A stretch of 64,000 bases of DNA from assembly GCA_041484665.1 (NCBI GenBank), contig JBGPIA010000002.1, positions 320,001 through 384,000 on the forward strand, read 5' to 3'. Numbering within the stretch: position 1 is the stretch's first letter; each line of letters starts with the position of its first letter. A model generated the notes under the pieces. The model had not been told where the DNA came from. It was given only the letters and a program-made list of their open reading frames with translations, and did no database searches. The position numbers and the translations under genes were made by a program. Shown piece after piece: positions 18,899 through 28,341 of this stretch. The stretch comes from Candidatus Krumholzibacteriia bacterium. Its GTDB lineage: Bacteria; Krumholzibacteriota; Krumholzibacteriia; JAJRXK01.

Positions 18899-19519
18899 CT
18901 ACTGGCTCTTCTTGTCCGCGGCATCGGGCTTGTTGGGCTTCTCGGACTTCGCCCCTTTCCCCAGGGCGTCCAGCACCCTTGCCGTGAGGTCCACCACCGG
19001 ATTTAGGTAGACGACGTTGACGCTGGCCATGTCCAAGATGAGCGTATATCCCTCCTGGGCCCCGAGCCGCTCCACGACCGTAGTGATCTGGTCGTTGATG
19101 GGTTGGCTGAGCTCCTTGTTGCGCGCCACGGCCTTGCCCTTGGTGGGATCCAGGATCTCGCTCTTGGCGGTGTCGTAGTCCTGGATCTTGTGATCCAGGT
19201 CCGCCTGTAGCTCATCGAGCTTCTCCTTGGAGAGCAGGAGCGCCTGGCTGCGGATTTTCTCCTGCAGCCCCACGATCTCCTTCTCCTTGGCGCCGAGATC
19301 GTCCTGCCACTGCTTCATCTCCTGCTGAAAGAGCGCCTCGGCGTCCTTGGCCTCCTGGTACTCGGCGAAGATCTTCTGCGAGTCGATGACGCCGATCTTG
19401 GTCTCGGCGGCACGCGCCGGGCTCGCCAGAGGTGGGAGCGCGCCGGCCAGCACCCCCGCGGCCAGCAGCGCCGTCGCGGCCCCGGAGAGTCTGCGCTTGG
19501 TGGAGGTGTCGTGAGCCAT
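18899..19519 (-). CDS. skp: OmpH/Skp periplasmic chaperone
   Basis: Signal peptide, KIGVID, coiled coil and GYTLILD...DLT; lies between bamA and lpxD. Confidence 0.88.
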   Translation of the reverse strand: MAHDTSTKRRLSGAATALLAAGVLAGALPPLASPARAAETKIGVIDSQKIFAEYQEAKDAEALFQQEMKQWQDDLGAKEKEIVGLQEKIRSQALLLSKEKLDELQADLDHKIQDYDTAKSEILDPTKGKAVARNKELSQPINDQITTVVERLGAQEGYTLILDMASVNVVYLNPVVDLTARVLDALGKGAKSEKPNKPDAADKKSQ

Positions 19520-19605
19520 CGCCTTGTCTTTCCTTCCTTGCGAACGGGCCAGCGGATCGCGCGAGCGCTGAGACTTGCCGCCGCGCTCGCGGGCACGGAA
19601 TGCTG

Positions 19606-21963
19606 CTAGAAGAACGAGCCGAAATTGAAATGCGCTTCCCACCCGGGCCTGGTGCGGTCGAATCCATACCCGTAGTCCAGCCCAACGCGGCCCAGCATCG
19701 GCACCTCGAGGCGGACGCCGAAGCCGGCGCCCTTGCGCAGCCTGGTCAGGTCCGCCTCCCCGAAGTGGTTCCAGGTATCACCCTGGTCCACGAACGCGAG
19801 CACGCTGACCGCGCGGGTGATCGGGTAGAGCACCTCCGTGGTGAGCGTGGTGTAGAAGCGCCCACCCACGAAGCTCGGATTGCCCCGCGGCACCACTTCG
19901 AGGTCGCGATATCCGCGGAGGGAATAGAGGCGGTTACCGCCCAGGCGGTACTTCTGGTAATCGGGCACGTCCGATGTAGATCCGAAGGCGTGGAGCAGGC
20001 CCGTGGAAACGCCCATGTGGAAGACGAACTTGAGCGGCAGGGGCTGGTACCAGTTGTGCTCCAGCAGCGTCTCCTGAAAGCTCAGGTCGCCGCCCAGCGG
20101 TCCGCCGGTAAGCTCGAAGCGGAGCATGGTGTTGGTGCCGCTGGTGGGGAAGAACGGGCTGTTGGTGCTGTTGCGGCCCAAGGTCACCATCAGCGCGCTC
20201 TCGGTGAGCGGCCAGTTCACTTTGTCCAGGCGCTGGAATTCCACGCCGGTGGCCCCCAGCTCCCGCTCGAGCGCGTCGAGGGTCTGGACGTAGTTCGGGG
20301 CGAAGTTGGACAAGCTGGTGCGCGTAAGGCTGTAGCGGATCGTGGCGCGGCTGTAGCGCGTGCCCGGGATGGGCCGGCCCAGGCGCAGGGCGAAGCCGCG
20401 GGAGCGCGTGTCGTACACGTCGTTGACGGTGTTGCTGAAGCGATTGAACAGATCGGCGCCCAACAGCGTGGGCGTCCCGCGGAACCAGGGCTCGGTGAAG
20501 CTCAGGTCGAGGTAGTTCTGCCGCCGGCCGAACTGCCACGCGAACTGCAGCGCCTGGCCGCGCCCGAAGAGGTTGGGCTCTCCCACCTGCAGGAAGCCCG
20601 TGGCCTGGCTCGCCTGGGAGAAGCCCACGCCCATGGTGAACGTGCCGGTCTGCTTCTCCTCCACTTCCATGATCAGGTCGATGTCCCCCTGGGGATTGGC
20701 CGTCTTGAAGTCCACGCGCACGTCGTTGAAGTAGCCGAGCTGGAAGACGCGTCGCTGGCTGTCGCGCAGCTCGCTGTTCACGAACAGGTCGCCGGGAACC
20801 ACCTTGAGCTCGCGCCGGATGACGCCCTCGTGACTCTTGCTGTTGCCGGTGATGACCACGTCGTGGATGTGAGCGGGAACGCCTTCGCGGAACGAGAGCG
20901 CCACGTCCACCAGGCCGTCGTGGATATTGCGGGTGGGCTCCACGGTGATGTAGATGTAGCCCGTCTCCCAGTAGAGCGAATGGAGGGCCTGCAAGCAATC
21001 CTGGAAGCGCCCCTCGCTGAAGGTCTCGCCGGTCTTGAAGCGGATCTCCTGGGCGATCCGATCGTCGTGGAACACGGTGTTGCCCGACCAGCTCACGTTC
21101 CCGACGCGGTACGTGCCACCTTCCTGCACCTGCAGGTGGAGATCGACCTTGTCGGTGCCCTCGATGAAGTCCAGCCGATGCCCCACCACCTGGGCGTCGA
21201 GGTAGCCGCGGTTGCGATAGTTGTCCACGAGCTTTTCCAGGTCCTGGTCGAACTCCGCGGGCTTGAACGTAGCGCCGCGCCACCACTTGTCCTGCTTGGT
21301 CTTCCAGCCGGTGCGCAGATCGTCCGCGGTCACCTTCTCATTGCCCGTGATGAGGATCTTGCGCACGGTGACCTTCTTGCCCTCCTCGACGCTGATGACC
21401 AGCGGATGCGTCCCCGGCGTGCGGATGAGCGTGCTGTCGGTGGCCAGCTTGACGTTGTAGTACCCCTCACCCTGGTACTTCTCCTTGATCTTGAGGAAGG
21501 CGCGCGTGAGCTTGGCCGGCGACAGGAACTCGCCCGGGGCGAGCGGCAGTTGCTCGCGCAGGTCGGTCTCCTTGAGCTTCTTGACCCCGGTGAAGCGCAC
21601 CTCCTGCAGTCTTGGGTACTCGACGAGGTTGAAGATCAGCTCCGTACCGCCGGCGGTGTCGCTCTGGTAGACAAAGGCGTCGGCGAACTTGCCGGTGGCG
21701 ATCACCTTGCGGAGCGCGCCGGCCACGACCTCGGTGGTAACCGGATCGCCGATCTTCAGCCCGGTCCAGCCCACGACCTGCTCGGGCTGCACCGTGTCGG
21801 CGCCCACCACGCGGATGCTGGAGAGGGCCGGCGGCGCGGCGGCGGCGGGCGGGACGGCCACGGCCAGGAGCGCGCACAAGGCGGAGGCGGCCGGCAATGC
21901 GCGCAGGCCGGCTCGCAGCCCGGCGGCCGGAAGATGGCGGATCGTCACGTGTAGAGCTGGCAT
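19606..21963 (-). CDS. bamA: Outer membrane protein assembly factor BamA
   Basis: Several POTRA domains, barrel with LRGY loop, C-terminal Phe, and the canonical bamA-skp-lpxD order. Confidence 0.93.
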   Translation of the reverse strand: MPALHVTIRHLPAAGLRAGLRALPAASALCALLAVAVPPAAAAPPALSSIRVVGADTVQPEQVVGWTGLKIGDPVTTEVVAGALRKVIATGKFADAFVYQSDTAGGTELIFNLVEYPRLQEVRFTGVKKLKETDLREQLPLAPGEFLSPAKLTRAFLKIKEKYQGEGYYNVKLATDSTLIRTPGTHPLVISVEEGKKVTVRKILITGNEKVTADDLRTGWKTKQDKWWRGATFKPAEFDQDLEKLVDNYRNRGYLDAQVVGHRLDFIEGTDKVDLHLQVQEGGTYRVGNVSWSGNTVFHDDRIAQEIRFKTGETFSEGRFQDCLQALHSLYWETGYIYITVEPTRNIHDGLVDVALSFREGVPAHIHDVVITGNSKSHEGVIRRELKVVPGDLFVNSELRDSQRRVFQLGYFNDVRVDFKTANPQGDIDLIMEVEEKQTGTFTMGVGFSQASQATGFLQVGEPNLFGRGQALQFAWQFGRRQNYLDLSFTEPWFRGTPTLLGADLFNRFSNTVNDVYDTRSRGFALRLGRPIPGTRYSRATIRYSLTRTSLSNFAPNYVQTLDALERELGATGVEFQRLDKVNWPLTESALMVTLGRNSTNSPFFPTSGTNTMLRFELTGGPLGGDLSFQETLLEHNWYQPLPLKFVFHMGVSTGLLHAFGSTSDVPDYQKYRLGGNRLYSLRGYRDLEVVPRGNPSFVGGRFYTTLTTEVLYPITRAVSVLAFVDQGDTWNHFGEADLTRLRKGAGFGVRLEVPMLGRVGLDYGYGFDRTRPGWEAHFNFGSFF

Positions 21964-22033
21964 GCACGCAGCCCGCGCAGCGGGATCGATCAGGGGCGGG
22001 CCATTTGGCGGTAACGCGTCAGGTCGGTACTGA

Positions 22034-22059
22034 TACCCGTCCCGCCGCGGCGGGTTCCC
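22034..22059 (-). promoter_or_regulatory. Candidate ECF-sigma promoter upstream of bamA
   Basis: GGGAAC-N16-GGTA on the minus strand, similar to the motif at 51106-51131. Confidence 0.4.
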
Positions 22060-22228
22060 CTCCCCGCGGCGCCAGGACGGCGCGCCGCCGGAAACCCTGC
22101 GGGAAGGTACGCGGGATGCCGTCCTCGGTCAACCCGGGAGCGCCCGCCGGGGAGGCCGCTTCGACCCGACCGGCCACGCCGGGCGGGCCGGGCACCCCCA
22201 CCGGGACCGCCGACCCACCGCGCGAGCC

Positions 22229-24706
22229 TCACGCGCTGCTGCCGGCGGGCAGCGGCGGCTGGGGCTGCTCCCCGCGGCTGCCGGGCAGCACCTCGAAGCC
22301 CAGCCCCGACGCGGCCACGTCGATGCGCACCTGGTCGCCGCTGCGCACCTCGCCGCGCAGCAGTTTCTCGCTGAGGGGATCCTCCACGTGCTTCTGGAGC
22401 GCGCGGCGCAGCGGGCGCGCCCCCTGGTCGGGATCGAAGCCCACGCCTACCAGCCTCTCCTTGGCCTCCGGCGTGTACTCGAAGGCGATGTGGAGGCCCG
22501 ACATCCGCTCCGTCATCTCCGCCAGCAGGATGTCGAGAATCTTGTGCATGTTGTCCCGCGACAGGGGGTGGAACACGATGGTGTCGTCGATGCGGTTGAG
22601 GAACTCGGGGTTGAAGGTCTTCTTCAGGTCCTCGGTGACGTTGGCGCGCATGCGGGTCTCCCGCGCGTCATCCGCGTCGGCGCCGAAGCCCATGGCCTTG
22701 CCCATGCCTCCCTTGCGCGTGCCCACGTTGCTGGTCATGATCAGCACGCAGTTCTTGAAGTTCACGTGGCGGCCGAAGCTGTCGGTCAGCACGCCGTCCT
22801 CCAATACCTGCAGCAGTAGGTTGAAGACGTCGGGGTGCGCCTTCTCGATCTCGTCCAGCAGAATCACCGAGTACGGCTGGCGCCGGATCTTCTCCGTGAG
22901 GATGCCGCCCTCATCGTAGCCGACGTAGCCCGGAGGCGCTCCCAGCAGCCGGCTGATGGAGAACTTCTCCATGTACTCCGACATGTCGATGCGCACGAGG
23001 TTGTTGAGGTCGCCGAACAAGAAGCGCGTGAGCTGGCGCGCCACCTCGGTCTTCCCCACCCCGGTGGGACCCAGAAAGATGAACGAGCCGATGGGACGAC
23101 GCGGATCGCGCAGGCCGGCGCGGTTGCGCCGGATCGCCTTGCTCACCGCCGACACCGCCTCGTTCTGGCCGACGATCACCTTTTGCAGCTCCTCCTCCAT
23201 GCGCAGCAGCTTCTCGGTCTCGGCCTCCTCCACCTCGGTCACGGGGATGCCAGTCATGTCGGAGATCACGCGGCTGACGTCCTTGACGTCGACCACCGCC
23301 TCCGCCTCCTGCTTGCGCTCGGCCCAGCTCTTGCGCATGTCGGCGAGCTTGCGCCGCAGCTCCTTCTCGTCGTCGCGGAACTTGGCCGCCTTCTCGAACT
23401 CCTGGCCCTGGATCGCCAGCTCCTTCTCCTTGCTCACCTCTTCGATCCGCTTCTCGAGGTCGCGCAGATCGCCGGGGACGGCCGTGGCGGACAGGCGGGC
23501 GCGGCTGCCCGCCTCGTCGATGACGTCGATGGCCTTGTCGGGGAGGCTGCGGCCGCTGATATAGCGCACCGAGAGGAACACGGAGGCGCGGATCGCGGGG
23601 TCGGTGTACTTGACGCGGTGGTGCGCCTCGTACTTGTCCCGCAGTCCAAAGATGATCTCGATCGTCTGCTCCTCGGTGGGAGGATTGACGATGATGGGCT
23701 GGAAGCGCCGCTCCAGCGCCCCGTCCTTCTCGATGAACTTGCGGTACTCGTCCAGCGTGGTGGCGCCGATGCACTGGATCTCGCCGCGGGCCAGCGCCGG
23801 CTTGAACATGTTGCTGGCGTCGATCGCCCCCTCCGCGCCCCCCGCCCCCACGATCGTGTGCAGCTCGTCGATGAAGAGGATGATGTCCTCGCTCTCGCGA
23901 ATCTCGTTCATGATCGCCTTGAGGCGCTCCTCGAACTGGCCGCGATACTTGGTCCCGGCGACGACGCTGGCCAGGTCCAGGGTGATGATCTCGCGGTTCT
24001 GCAGCAGCGCCGGCGCTCGCCCGTCCACGATGCGCGAGGCGAGCCCCTCGGCGATGGCCGTCTTGCCCACGCCCGGCTCACCGATCAGCACCGGGTTGTT
24101 CTTCTTGCGCCGAGACAGGATCTGGATCACGCGGTCGATCTCGCGCTCGCGCCCGATGGTGGGGTCGAGCTTGTCCTCGCGGGCCAGTTGGGTGAGGTTG
24201 CGGCCGAACTGGTCGAGAACGGGCGTCTCCTTCTTGCGCTTGCTGGCGGCCTCGGGCGTCCCCTTCTGGGCGCCGCCCAGCAGCTTCATGATCTCCTTTT
24301 TCACCTTCTCGTGGTCGGCGCCCAGGTCCTTGAGCACGCGGGCGGCGACCCCTTCCCCCTCGCGGATGAGGGCCAGCAGCAGGTGCTCGGTGCCCACGTA
24401 GTTGTGGTTGTGCTGGCGCGCCTCGTCGATGGACAGCTCCAGCACGCGCTTGGCCCGCGGAGTGAACGGGATCTCGCCGATGGTCAAGGTTCCGCTCTGC
24501 GTGGTGACCATGTCCTCCACGGCCTGCTGGATCTGCTCGAAGTCGATCCCCAGGCGCTGCAGCGCCTGGGCCGCAATCCCCTCCCCCTCCCGGATGATCC
24601 CCAGCAAGAGGTGCTCGGTGCCGATGTAGTCGTGCTGCATGCGGCCCGCCTCGTCGCGGGCAAGGAAGAGCACCTTGCGCACCCGTTCGGTGAAGCGGTC
24701 GTTCAT
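22229..24706 (-). CDS. clpC: ATP-dependent Clp protease ATP-binding subunit ClpC
   Basis: Two Clp-N repeats (GTEHLLL), two AAA+ modules (GEPGVGKT, GPTGVGKT), UVR middle domain and MGF ClpP-docking loop. Confidence 0.95.
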   Translation of the reverse strand: MNDRFTERVRKVLFLARDEAGRMQHDYIGTEHLLLGIIREGEGIAAQALQRLGIDFEQIQQAVEDMVTTQSGTLTIGEIPFTPRAKRVLELSIDEARQHNHNYVGTEHLLLALIREGEGVAARVLKDLGADHEKVKKEIMKLLGGAQKGTPEAASKRKKETPVLDQFGRNLTQLAREDKLDPTIGREREIDRVIQILSRRKKNNPVLIGEPGVGKTAIAEGLASRIVDGRAPALLQNREIITLDLASVVAGTKYRGQFEERLKAIMNEIRESEDIILFIDELHTIVGAGGAEGAIDASNMFKPALARGEIQCIGATTLDEYRKFIEKDGALERRFQPIIVNPPTEEQTIEIIFGLRDKYEAHHRVKYTDPAIRASVFLSVRYISGRSLPDKAIDVIDEAGSRARLSATAVPGDLRDLEKRIEEVSKEKELAIQGQEFEKAAKFRDDEKELRRKLADMRKSWAERKQEAEAVVDVKDVSRVISDMTGIPVTEVEEAETEKLLRMEEELQKVIVGQNEAVSAVSKAIRRNRAGLRDPRRPIGSFIFLGPTGVGKTEVARQLTRFLFGDLNNLVRIDMSEYMEKFSISRLLGAPPGYVGYDEGGILTEKIRRQPYSVILLDEIEKAHPDVFNLLLQVLEDGVLTDSFGRHVNFKNCVLIMTSNVGTRKGGMGKAMGFGADADDARETRMRANVTEDLKKTFNPEFLNRIDDTIVFHPLSRDNMHKILDILLAEMTERMSGLHIAFEYTPEAKERLVGVGFDPDQGARPLRRALQKHVEDPLSEKLLRGEVRSGDQVRIDVAASGLGFEVLPGSRGEQPQPPLPAGSSA

Positions 24707-25778
24707 CGGTCGTCCTTTCTCGGTGCGGACTTGGTCAGCACCTCGCGCACGTACCGGGCGCGCGCCTCGTCGCGCTGCGCCGGATCCATCGTCCGGCCGG
24801 CCACGACCTGCAGGTGCGCGCTCTGGATGTTCATCAGGAGGGTGTTGAGGATCGACTCGTCGAGACCGTCGAAGATCGCGAGACTCACGCCCAGCCGCAG
24901 GTCGCCCAGCAGCTCGAACGCCTCTTTGGTCTGCAGCAGGCGCCCATGGGTCAGGATGCCGTAGGCGCGCCAGACGCGGTCCTCGATCCGCCGCGGCTCC
25001 CGCTCCCACAGGATCGCGCGGGCGTCGCGCTCGCACGCGATCACCTTGCGCGTGTGATGGAGCAGCTCGGCCACGATCTCCTCCTCGGAGTGGCCCAGGG
25101 TCACTGAATTGGAGATCTGGAAGAGCGCTCCCATGGCGCCGCTGCCCTCGCCGTAGAAGCCGCGCACGGTATAGTTGAGGCGCCGCAGCCCGTTGAGCAC
25201 CTTCTCGATGTCGTTGTCAGCACCAGCCCCGGCAGATGCACCAAGATCGACGCCCGCAGCCCTGTCCCCACGTTGGTCGGGCACGCCGTCAGGTAGCCCC
25301 ACCGCTCGCTGAAGGCGAAGCGCATCTGGAGGTCGAGCTCGGCCACCAGTGACGTGGCGCGCGCCAGCGCCCGGTCCGGAGCCAGCCCCGAGGCAAAGGC
25401 CTGCAAGCGGAGGTGGTCCTCCTCGTTGATCATCAGGCCCTCGCCCTCGTCCTGTGAAACGAGCACCGCCCGGCCCAGGACGTTCTTCACCAGGTCGACC
25501 GAGATGAGATGGCGTTCCAGCAGGAAGCGCCGCTCGATCTCGTGCAGCTCCTCCATCGTCCACAGGCTGGCGCCGCCCAGGCGCGGCGCGCTGCCGGTGG
25601 CCTTCAGGATCTCCGCGCGCAGGACCCGCAGCTCCTGCGCGTCACCTACGTGGGTGAAGCGGTGGCCTTCCAGATTGCGCGCCAGGCGCACCCGGCTGCT
25701 GAGCACGATGTCCCGCTCGGGAGCGCCGCCCACCAACCATGGAGCCGGTCGCCGCGCCAGCTCGCTCAAGGTCATCAT
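24703..25778 (-). pseudogene. mcsB: Protein arginine kinase McsB, split by an apparent 1-bp deletion near 25216 (pseudogene or sequencing error)
   Basis: The N-terminal part (SSRVRLARN, NEEDH, CPTNVGTG, LPGLVL) is in one frame. The C-terminal part (DIEKVL, VRGFYGEGS, FQISN) is in another. Confidence 0.85.
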
Positions 25779-26308
25779 GGTCGCTTGGCGCCTCCCTGGG
25801 CGAGCTCCGTCTCCCGGCGCGCGATCTCGTCCCGCACTCGCGCGGCCTGCTCGTAGTCCTCCCGGCGCACGGCGTCCAGCAGCTCGCGGCGCAGCCGCGC
25901 CAGCTCGTGTTGCACGTGCTCCCGGTCCTGCGCGGCTCCTGGCCCGTGGCCACGGTGCTCGGTCGCTCCATGCACGCGCCGCAGCAGCGGCTCGAGATGC
26001 TCGCGGAAGGTCTCGTAGCACTGGGGGCAGCCCACCCGCCCGGTGTTGCGCAGGTCGGAGAGCCGCATGCCACAGGCGTCGCATCGCCGCCCCGGGGCGA
26101 GGCGTATGGTGGAGGTCTGCTCCACGACGATCGTGCCCAGCACGCCGCTTGCGGCGTCCTCTTGCGCCGACGCCGCCTCCGCCTGCCATGCCAAGAGCCC
26201 CCGGGCCTCGGCACAGCCTTGGCAGAACCACTGCACCTTCTTGCTGGCGCCCATGACTTCGGTGTACTGGAGCGTAGCGTTGTCGCCACCGCAGCTGTCG
26301 CAGCTCAC
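25775..26308 (-). CDS. mcsA: McsA-like protein (four CxxC motifs plus UVR domain)
   Basis: CDSC, CQGC, CDAC, GCPQCY and EDYEQAARVRDEI; lies upstream of mcsB. Confidence 0.88.
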   Translation of the reverse strand: MSCDSCGGDNATLQYTEVMGASKKVQWFCQGCAEARGLLAWQAEAASAQEDAASGVLGTIVVEQTSTIRLAPGRRCDACGMRLSDLRNTGRVGCPQCYETFREHLEPLLRRVHGATEHRGHGPGAAQDREHVQHELARLRRELLDAVRREDYEQAARVRDEIARRETELAQGGAKRP

Positions 26309-27030
26309 CGTCCGCTCCCCCCGTTGCGGCCGATCTCGCCCACGGGCAGCAGCCGCCCCTCCTCGAGGTGGAGCCAGCGATCCGCCCTTCGCGCCAGCGA
26401 CTCGTCGTGCGTGACCACCACCATGCTCACCCGCTCGTCCGTCCGCAGCTCCAGCAGCAGGGCATGCAGCTCGTCTGCGAGCGCGCGGTCCAGGTTCCCT
26501 CCCGGCTCGTCGGCGAGCAGGAGCCTGGGCCCGTTCACCAGCGCGCGCGCCACCGCCACGCGCTGCTGCTCTCCCCCCGACAGCTCCCCCGGACGGTGCT
26601 CCGACCGGCCGGTGAGGCCGACGCGCGCGAGTAGCCGGGCCGCCCGCTCCCTCCGCTGCGCCACTTCGACGCCCGCGACCAGGGCGGGCATCATCACGTT
26701 CTCCAGCGCCGTGAAGTCCGGCAGGAGGTGGTGGAACTGGAACACGAAGCCAAGCTCGCGGTTGCGCAGCCGGCTGCGCTCCCGATCGGCGAGCCGCTGC
26801 AGCGCGCGTCCGCCCCAAAGGATAGAGCCCTCGTCGGGCCGGTCAAGGGACCCCAGAAGATTGAGCAGCGTGCTCTTGCCCGATCCACTGGGTCCGGTGA
26901 CCACCACCAGCTCTCCCGCCTCGACCGCCAGGTCGATCCCGCGCAGGACCTCGATGTGGCGGTGCGGGGTGCGGAATCCCTTCTGGAGGCCCTCCGCGAC
27001 CAGCCACGGCCCCGCCGCCCGCTCACTCAT
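26305..27030 (-). CDS. lolD: Lipoprotein-releasing ABC transporter ATPase
   Basis: GPSGSGKST, GFVFQFHHLL and LSGGEQQR; follows lolC/E. Confidence 0.9.
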   Translation of the reverse strand: MSERAAGPWLVAEGLQKGFRTPHRHIEVLRGIDLAVEAGELVVVTGPSGSGKSTLLNLLGSLDRPDEGSILWGGRALQRLADRERSRLRNRELGFVFQFHHLLPDFTALENVMMPALVAGVEVAQRRERAARLLARVGLTGRSEHRPGELSGGEQQRVAVARALVNGPRLLLADEPGGNLDRALADELHALLLELRTDERVSMVVVTHDESLARRADRWLHLEEGRLLPVGEIGRNGGSGR

Positions 27031-28273
27031 AGCGGAGCACCTCCACGGGCGTGAACCTGGAGGCAAGCCAACTGGGCAAGAGTGTTGCCAGAAACGACAT
27101 TCCGAGCGTCACACTGGCCACCAGGCTGAAGTCACCGAGCTTCATGTGAACCGGCAGGGTGTTCACGAAATAGACGTCGCCGGGCAGGGGCAGGCCCACG
27201 GCGTCCAGGATTCTGCAAATGCAATAGCCAAACGCGGTTCCAGTCACGACCCCACCCAGACCCAACAGCATCCCCAGCTGCACGAAGATCCCGACCAGGC
27301 GCGCTTTCGACACCCCGATCGACATAAGAATTCCGATATCCCGCTGCCGGTCGCGAACCATCATGGTCAGGATCGCGACTACGGAGAAGGAGGCCACCAA
27401 TGTGATGAGCGAGAGCAGCAGGAACATCATGGTCTTCTCCATGCGGATCCAGTCGAAGAGCTGACTGTTCATGCTGATCCAGTTGTTGGTGAAGTACGGC
27501 GGGGCGCCCAGGGAGTCCTCGATGGCCGTCCCCACCTCGGCCGCCCGCATCATCTCGCGGACGCGAGCCCCGATCCCGTCGGCGCCCCCGGGCATCTGGA
27601 AGAGGTTCTGCGCCGCCGCCAGGTCGATGTAGCCGAAGGCGCTATCGAAATCGTACATCCCGCTGGAGAGCAGTCCGACGACCTGGAACTCCCGCGACTC
27701 GCTCTTGAACTGCCCCAGGCCCCCGCTGCCCCGCGCCACCGTGACCGTGACCACGTCCCCCAGGCCGCCGCGCAGCCCCTCGGCCAGGGCCTGACCCAGC
27801 ACGATCCCGGGGGTCCCCGCGGGCGCCCCCACCAGCCCCTCGGTGGAGAATCCGTGGAAGGGCGGGTCGATGCTCTTGCTCAGGGGCGTGACCTGCTCCT
27901 GCCGCTGCGGGTCGATGCCCCACAGGATGATCCCGCGGTGGCGGGGCTGGCCTGGGAGACGCTCGAGGGTGACCACCCCTTCTTTGCGCAGAAACGGCGA
28001 GGCGGCGAGCACGCCGGGAACGCGCAGCGTCCGCGCGACGACCTGGTCGAGATCCTTGAATCCGGAGTACGGCGCGATCACCGTCACCATGGGCATGTTC
28101 TCGACGAACTTGAGCTGGATCTGGTCGCGGAAGCCGTTCATCACCGCCAGCGTCACGTTGAGCACCATCACGCCGATGGTGATGCTGAGCACTGCGATGA
28201 TGGTGATCAGCGAGACGAAGCGGGAGCGGCGGCTGCGCAGGAAGCGGAGAGCGACGGTACTGGTGAAGCCCAT
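27023..28273 (-). CDS. lolC: Lipoprotein-releasing ABC transporter permease (LolC/E)
   Basis: LAVMNGF, IGILMSIG, VYFVNTLP and PVEVLRYE motifs. Confidence 0.9.
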   Translation of the reverse strand: MGFTSTVALRFLRSRRSRFVSLITIIAVLSITIGVMVLNVTLAVMNGFRDQIQLKFVENMPMVTVIAPYSGFKDLDQVVARTLRVPGVLAASPFLRKEGVVTLERLPGQPRHRGIILWGIDPQRQEQVTPLSKSIDPPFHGFSTEGLVGAPAGTPGIVLGQALAEGLRGGLGDVVTVTVARGSGGLGQFKSESREFQVVGLLSSGMYDFDSAFGYIDLAAAQNLFQMPGGADGIGARVREMMRAAEVGTAIEDSLGAPPYFTNNWISMNSQLFDWIRMEKTMMFLLLSLITLVASFSVVAILTMMVRDRQRDIGILMSIGVSKARLVGIFVQLGMLLGLGGVVTGTAFGYCICRILDAVGLPLPGDVYFVNTLPVHMKLGDFSLVASVTLGMSFLATLLPSWLASRFTPVEVLRYE

Positions 28274-28341
28274 GACGTCAGCGGTTGCGACGACGGCGGG
28301 TGGGGCGCGGAACGCGCGAGCGCCGGGGCGCGGGCGCCCGG

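Noticed and set aside
21964..22228. GC-rich 265-bp clpC-bamA gap as a possible structured RNA
   Set aside because: No recognisable riboswitch or sRNA motif, and pairing is expected at this GC level. An Infernal/Rfam scan would be needed.
25201..25230. Programmed -1 frameshift in mcsB
   Set aside because: No X XXY YYZ slippery site, and I know of no precedent for recoding in mcsB.
27060..27350. Lower-GC patches at the 3' ends of lolC, aroB (~47560-47800) and fabD as possible horizontal transfer
   Set aside because: The patches are short, in frame within intact core genes, and have no mobile-element signatures. GC was judged by eye only.
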